From: Neoechinorhynchus agilis
Taxonomy: Eukaryota > Animalia > Acanthocephala
DNA length: 64,000 nucleotides
Assembly: GCA_051530055.1 (NCBI GenBank)
Contig: CM121341.1
Span: 13,122,784 to 13,186,783, forward strand
Reading direction: 5' to 3'
A model generated the notes under the pieces. It saw only the letters and a program-made list of their open reading frames with translations. It was not told the origin of the DNA and did no database searches. Shown here piece after piece: positions 61,340 through 64,000 of this stretch. The number at the start of each line of letters is the position of its first letter. Position 1 is the first letter of the stretch. The position numbers and the translations under genes are program-made.

Positions 61340-62500
61340 CTCATTTGTCGTTCCTAGAATGCTTGCTGCGTTGCCTCTTTGGATCGCGAGGCTGATCCTC
61401 TCAATGAGGAAGCTATGTTCCCTGCGATCTCCTTTGGCGGCAGTTAGGAGGCGACCAAGTTCTTTGCAGAATTTGCGGGCTGCCGATCCCAAAGCCCACT
61501 TGGGTTTCCGCGCCAAAAGGAAGGAACTGGTTATGCTGCTGCAATTTAGCATACTTTGCTGCTTTCTTCTTTTCAGCGGCCGTCGCAGCACCTCCAGGTC
61601 CAGTCATGGCATCTTGTTGATTGGAGGGTACGGCGAGTCGACAAACGTCGTGTCCCAAATCAGACACTTGCCCTGTTTCCATGGAAAAATTGTCATTCCG
61701 TCGGGACGCTTTCCATCCGAGCGACAAAGATGATTGGACTCCATGATAGTCGGTACGTGTATCGAGTTGAGGGCTCTGCTTATTATTGCGTTGAGCTTCG
61801 CGTGTCTTGCTATACGTCCTCTTGATTTTTGCCAAGGGGCGTGCATATTGCAAGACCCAATCTAAGGGCGACAGAGATCCTTAAAGTTTAGTCGTCCAAC
61901 CGAGTCCCAAGATTACTGATGGGTAAAGCATTCAACCAAGCTCCAACTTTGGAGAAGCTAGCAACAAGTCGGACTCCAGATATCCCGTCAATTAGGCTTT
62001 TGAGTGTATTATAAACAAGGGGTTCATCCCAAGAAAACTGAGTATGAGGATCGGCCTGAGCTTGCTGACCTGTCTTTGAGTGCCACACTGAAATTCCACG
62101 ATTAAGAACATCACACGAATCGGCTAGACCATCTCCAATAATAGCAGTTTGCAAGTTCGAGGTTCGATGCATCGAGGAGATGAATACGGGAAGTGCCAAA
62201 TCAGTAACACTTCTAAAACCCAATCCTACGTACTTGATGGGTAAAGTAGCTTGGCGCCAGGCGACGTTTGTGATGCGTTCAAGATGTACCCTCAGAACGT
62301 TGTCCAGTTTCAGTAGGTTTCGGTGATGTTCGAAATACGGGGCTGCTCGTATCTTATACATAAGCATCGGTATATGAAGGCAATTCTTAATCAAGAAGAG
62401 AGCCTCATGTGCATTCAGTTCTTGAGCGCGGGGGGGGGACAATAGATCGATCTTCATTAGTTCCTTAATTACTGCGACAATATCTTCGGAATAATTTTAA
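61340..62500 (-). mobile_element. 5'-truncated CRE-like non-LTR retrotransposon (post-RT region plus restriction-like endonuclease), frameshifted
   Basis: HEALFLIKNCLHIPMLMYKIR, WRQATLPIKYVGLGFRS, GAWLNALP, RHAKLNAII, CRSDGKRPDGMTIFPWKQGKCLIWD, FGAET, ISLAIQRGNAASILG. Confidence 0.88.
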
Positions 62501-63292
62501 AGACCGCTCACAAGATAGACTAGTAATTTGGATATATAAGTTTGACGGTTTAAGTCTGACAAAATGAAGAAATAATTATTTAATTAGATACGTTCGTTTG
62601 CAGATAGAATTGAAGTTCTCAGAATTATGAAACCCTCGTGTATTCATCTCAAAGTTGCCAAAAGGGAAATGCTCGTAATTATTTGGTTTTGCTCTTATAA
62701 ATGTTAAAGTTTTCAAATGAACCTCAATGCTTTGTATATTTAGACCGGGCAAGTAAAACAAAACATTCGTAAAAATCAGTGCAACCTTAAGTAAACGCAC
62801 GATTTTGTTCGTTGACATTATAGATTTAATTTTTTGAAATAAAAACTTGGAAATGCACAAGAAATCTCAAATTAATAAATAGAAAAATGATAGTTCAAAA
62901 CAGATTTAAGTTATTAAGAAATCACTCAGTTTCTCAGCCCAAAATGAACCCGAAACGAAGGTTTTCTTGAATACAAAATCGTTTCCCAGTGCGCTTTTGG
63001 TCTTAGGTAGCGTTAAAGGTAATGATTCATCTCTAACCTTTCCTAAAACACGACGGAATAAATTTGTTCTAAACTAATGCATCCCCTCCTCAAGTCTACA
63101 AAGTCCATCCGTACAACAACGAAAAATGGTCTTATTGTAAATGTCGAGACGATCCGTCTGGATGTCACTCTTACCCTAAAATATGTAAAAGCGACCCTTG
63201 TGGCTTTACATCTAACTAGAATTCGCCACACTATAAAACCACGACATATTCTTTTAAAACTCGTGTAACATTTCTCGAATAGTAGACCAGTA

Positions 63293-64000
63293 ATGTGGAC
63301 TAAAACCCAGTCAACGTCTATCGATGCGAATTCTCCAGAAGAGAAAATCAGATCGGACTACCACACGGACTACAAGATAAGCTCGGAAACCCATGGATCA
63401 TCTTACGGTAGTGATGAGCGGCACAAGTATACGAGTGAGGCGTATGTTGATACTAGACGAAATAACTCCATTGAAAATGGGTCATCCTTGATGGTTTATC
63501 CGCTTGAAAAATACAAGATTCAGCAGGATCCATGTCCGATTGTGATTCGAAAACTGCTTGCGAAAAACGGAACTCATTTGAGACAAAATGTAATCGTACG
63601 ATATTTCCGACCACCAAAATTACCAACACCAGGCCCATTGATCATCCGGGAAATAAGAGCTCCACAGATCCCACCGGCACCGCCTTTGGTCATTCGTCAG
63701 CGGCCCCCAAATCCACCTTCTAATATACAACCACTCATATTACGAGAACGACCTCCATTGCCTCCCAAAGTAGATACTCAAGCAAAGATAATCACTAAGA
63801 AATTGCCGCCATTGCCTCCACCCGCCAGGCAGCTTATTTTACATGCAAATGAGCTCTCTATGTGGGTCTTGAGAACTCATTAGAGTAGAGAGATATCCAC
63901 CGATGCCACCGAAACCACGAGATATCATCATTGAACGTTGGCTGCCTTATCAAGCGGCTCAAAGACGAAAAGTGATTTACCAACGAGCTCATGATTCAGG
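63293..64000 (+). CDS. Proline-rich repeat protein (PPLVIRQRPP/PLILRERPP motifs), runs off the window
   Basis: The ORF continues after a ~46-nt interruption as ERYPPMPPKPRDIIIERWLPY; I associate this motif with rotifer/syndermatan hypothetical proteins (from memory, unverified). Confidence 0.75.
63841..63886 (+). other. Candidate non-canonical hairpin intron, 46 nt
   Basis: Removal gives RQLILERYPP; stem aatgagctctc/gagaactcatt (10 of 11 bp); the only GT-AG option is 22 nt. Confidence 0.6.

Overview
Eukaryotic (animal) genomic window: AT-rich and gene-dense, with most introns only about 37-55 nt. No CRISPR array, rRNA or intact tRNA gene was recognised. Recognisable genes: FoxO-like forkhead, ZIP7/13-type zinc transporter, a degenerate TGF-beta-receptor-like kinase, GRDP/DUF1399-like protein, FAM162-like, DDX11/CHL1 helicase, SLC35G/EamA transporter, a rhodopsin-type GPCR, a PLEKHG5-like RhoGEF and several lineage-specific ORFs. 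Mobile and repeat DNA: three CRE-like non-LTR fragments; a young Penelope-like element (RT + GIY-YIG) with an inverted 3' duplication, 12-bp target duplication and two minimal hammerhead ribozymes, inserted in a 641-bp tandem array; a tRNA-derived SINE-like family; and scattered hammerhead-like relics. Main discovery candidate: several genes are interrupted by segments that must be removed to restore the reading frame or family alignment. These segments lack GT-AG/GC-AG/AT-AC ends and share no sequence, but their two ends base-pair into 7-15 bp stems, often with sense-strand G-U pairs. They coexist with ordinary GT-AG introns in the same genes. This suggests a structure-defined, non-canonical intron class in an animal, reminiscent of euglenid nonconventional introns. 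All splice models are inferred by eye from DNA and need RNA confirmation.
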